From: Chiloscyllium plagiosum
Taxonomy: Eukaryota
NCBI RefSeq assembly: GCF_004010195.1
Contig: NC_057718.1
Location: forward strand, 102,765,775-102,829,774
Length of the DNA: 64,000 nt
Direction of reading: 5' to 3'
Shown piece after piece: positions 61,228 to 64,000 of this stretch. The position numbers were made by a program, and so were the translations under genes. Each line of letters opens with the position of its first letter. Position 1 is the first letter of the stretch. Under the pieces are notes generated by a model. It saw only the letters and a program-made list of their open reading frames with translations. It ran no database searches and was not told where the DNA came from.

Positions 61228-61679
61228 AATGGATTTCACTTAGTCCCCCTATTCACCTAGCGTCTCTTTTGTTGCATACATTTCCTGATACCAGTTCAAG
61301 TATGAGGAGTCATATTTATCAGTCTTAAAATCTAACTGCTTGGGTCCAATGGATAGAGTTATGGAATCCCTACAGTGTGGAAACAGGCCCTTCGGCCCAA
61401 TAAGTCCACACTGACCCTCCAAAGAGTAACCCTGTATTTACCTCTGTTATCCTGTAAACAAAAAACAGAAATTGCCAGGAAGGTTCAGCAGGCCTACAAT
61501 ACCTATGGAGAGAATCAGAGCTAACCTTCAGGTTGTGCGACCTTTCATCAAAATAATTGAATATTGATTTAATCCTGATTTCTTTGCCTGCCATCCTTGT
61601 CCCAACAATATGATGCGCCAATACATACTCTTCCACCTTCTTCTCTCTGAATCATAGACCGTTATCACACTAGACTAGA

Positions 61680-62240
61680 CTAGTCATTTGCAAGGCCTTG
61701 GTAAGATGACATCTTGAATTCCATGTGTAGATTTGGTCTTTATATTCAAGGAAGAAGATACTTCCATTGGAGGCAGTACCACTATTCGATTGGTCCCTGG
61801 GAGGAGACAGGGTTATCTTCTGATGAGAAGCTGAGTAAATTGGGTGGATGCTCTCTGTAGCTTGGAGGCATGAGAGATGATTTAGCTGCAGCATGCAGGA
61901 TTCTGAAGAAACTTGGTGGAATCCACACTGAGAGGCTTTTGCACCTAATCAGGGATATCAGAAAACAAGGGTGCAGTCTCAGGTTACAGCTGAGATATGG
62001 AGAAATTGCTTCACTCAGAAGGTTGTGAATCTTTAGAATTCACTGCCCCAGATGATTGAAGATCCTCCACTTTTAAATACATTTAAGCTAAGAGAGACAG
62101 ATATTTGTTCCCTTGTGGTGTCAAGGGTTACGGGGAGTGTGTGAGGAAAACACGGATGAAACTCAAGTTCACCCATGATTGTATCAGCCAGTAGAATAGA
62201 CTCAATAGGTCGAATGGTCTATTTCTGTGCCTATTTGTTA
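61680..62240 (+). mobile_element. Old CR1 3' fragment
   Basis: AAGGCCTTGGTAAGATGACATCTTGAAT (KALVR*HLE), TTCACTCAGAAGGTTGTGAATCTT, tail GGTCGAATGGTCTATTTCTG. Confidence 0.7.
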
Positions 62241-63529
62241 TTTTATTTTGTTCTTGTTTACCTGGCCATGAATTCACCATCAATCTTTGCCTTCTCTGCT
62301 CTGTAAGTACGGCAATTTGTGAAAAGTCACATTGTGTCAATCTTTTCATTTTTGCACTCATCTGGACAACTTACAAGAATGTCAATTCAAGAGGAAAAAC
62401 ATCATTTACACTTCATGACAGGACAGTGCTGATTAGTAGAGGCATTGCCATGGCAAATGCAACAATTAATGATGATTGACAATTAATTGCCAGTCTTTGT
62501 TTAAATTTTAAACCAAGCAGCTTGACTCTGATTGGTCAGGGTGCTGCCCTGGGAAATGAACAAGTAAATAGCTGTCACCAGTCTTGAAAAGTTGAAACAG
62601 ATGGCAGAATTTCTGCTTGGATGATTTCCGCAAAAAAGCTAGCATCTAAAATCAGAGATCCAGATTTATGATCATTCCAACTTTTCAATAGGAAAATCTC
62701 CCATCACCTTCCTTAAAGCACTCTGAGAGCTTTATACCCAGCACAGAGTCTTCCAAAATATGTGACAGTCTTATTTCTGTTCGATATTGCAAAGTAAGCC
62801 CACATTAGGTAAGAGAATAACTAGGGTTGGGTGGATCTCTGTGAGTTACAGCTTTCAGTTTCATTGACAAGAGAAATCAATTGAAGCAAGATTGAATGAC
62901 TGGTGAGTGGAGACAGGATCTTGAAAGGCTGAGGGTGTTCCAGTTACAGCAGGAAATAACCAGCCATTCTGTGACAGGGGATACTGCACATTGGGCAGAT
63001 GAACACAGGAATAGAAAACATGCCTGAAACAGGCTCAGGCTGAAATCACCCCAACCCTGATTAATTAGCCAGGAAAATATTCATAACCAAATTCTCCATG
63101 TCATTGTGTTCAGCCCTGTGCCTTAAATTGTCCACAAAAATACAGCAGTAACAATCAGAATTAATTATTTCCACCGGTTGACCTTGTGTCCAATCAAGTG
63201 GTTATCATATGATAAAGCTGTTCGGGCTGAGACAGTTCCTAACATTAACCTGTATATTTGTGGCTGCAATTCCAATCTTAGGAATAATGCAGCTACTGCG
63301 CCATGAGCTATCATATATATATTTACCTACACTATTGGCAGTAGTCCAGTACTCACTGCTTTTGGAAATATATTTTAATTCTTAACTACTATTCATAGTA
63401 ATTAGGTTGTAATTTATTTGGAACAATTAAACAGCAATGATTCAGAGATAATGATCGCTTAGTTATCTACATTTTAAGTTCAGGATGTTCCAAAATTCCG
63501 TACAGTATTTAAAGTGTGGTCACAGCTGT

Positions 63530-63850
63530 ATGCCAGCAGGCAAATTGCACACAGGAAGCTTCCACAAACAGGAATAGGATGGTGACCAGATACTCTGTTC
63601 TTATGATGTTGATTGAGAGATAAATATTAGCCAGGACACTGGAGATGACACCACGGCTTGTCTTCATGTCACAGGATCTTTTACATCCACGAGAGAGAAC
63701 AGCTTAATATCTATTCCAAAAGGCAGTAGCTTTAACATGTACCGTCACTCTCTGCTCTTTGATGGGCCGTTATCTGTCATTTCTGTGCTGAGTCACAGGC
63801 TGAGACCTGAACCCACAACCTCCTGTGACTGAGCATTATGAAATGAGCTA
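63530..63850 (-). mobile_element. Deu-domain SINE
   Basis: TTGCACACAGGAAGCTTCCACAAACAG...TGACCAGATA..CTG..TGATGTTGATTGAGAGATAAATATTAGCCAGGACACTGG...GGATCTTTTACATCCAC. Confidence 0.75.
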
Positions 63851-64000
63851 CAAATCACTCACATAAACTGATAGATGCATAGATGGATAGACATATGAAT
63901 AGATGTAAAGACAGAAGGATAGATCTAAAGACAGTCAGGTTGATAGAACGATAGATGGATAGTATTCCAAGATATTATTTAAGTGATAAACAAGCAGTAA

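Noticed and set aside
60656..61228. 190 aa ORF as a functional gene
   Set aside because: Only the C-terminal end of CR1 ORF2, 5'-truncated, with read-through of the normal stop
63865..63965. GATA-factor site cluster
   Set aside because: Better explained as a degenerate (GATA/GACA)n microsatellite

Overview
Gene-poor, repeat-dense vertebrate DNA, almost certainly from an elasmobranch (shark), judged by the many HE1-type SINEs and their partner CR1/HER1 LINE 3' ends. I find no host protein-coding exon, tRNA or rRNA gene; the recognisable ORFs are retroelement fragments. Contents: CR1, L2, Rex1/Babar-like and a second CR1-group LINE family; HE1, Deu-domain and other tRNA-derived SINEs; at least three families of short, often palindromic Penelope-like (PLE) insertions carrying minimal hammerhead ribozyme cores, family A with 10-14 bp target-site duplications; a CR1 ORF1(esterase)-ORF2(endonuclease) fragment; and a ~2.8 kb array of a ~40 bp unit rich in TAAT-NNN-ATTA sites, with a PLE GIY-YIG insertion and an internal fold-back inversion. 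The most unusual observations are exact inverted copies of nearby DNA placed in or beside the palindromic PLE elements (77 bp and 122 bp). Family names come from recalled consensus features, not database searches. Boundaries of degraded repeats are approximate (about +/-20 bp).
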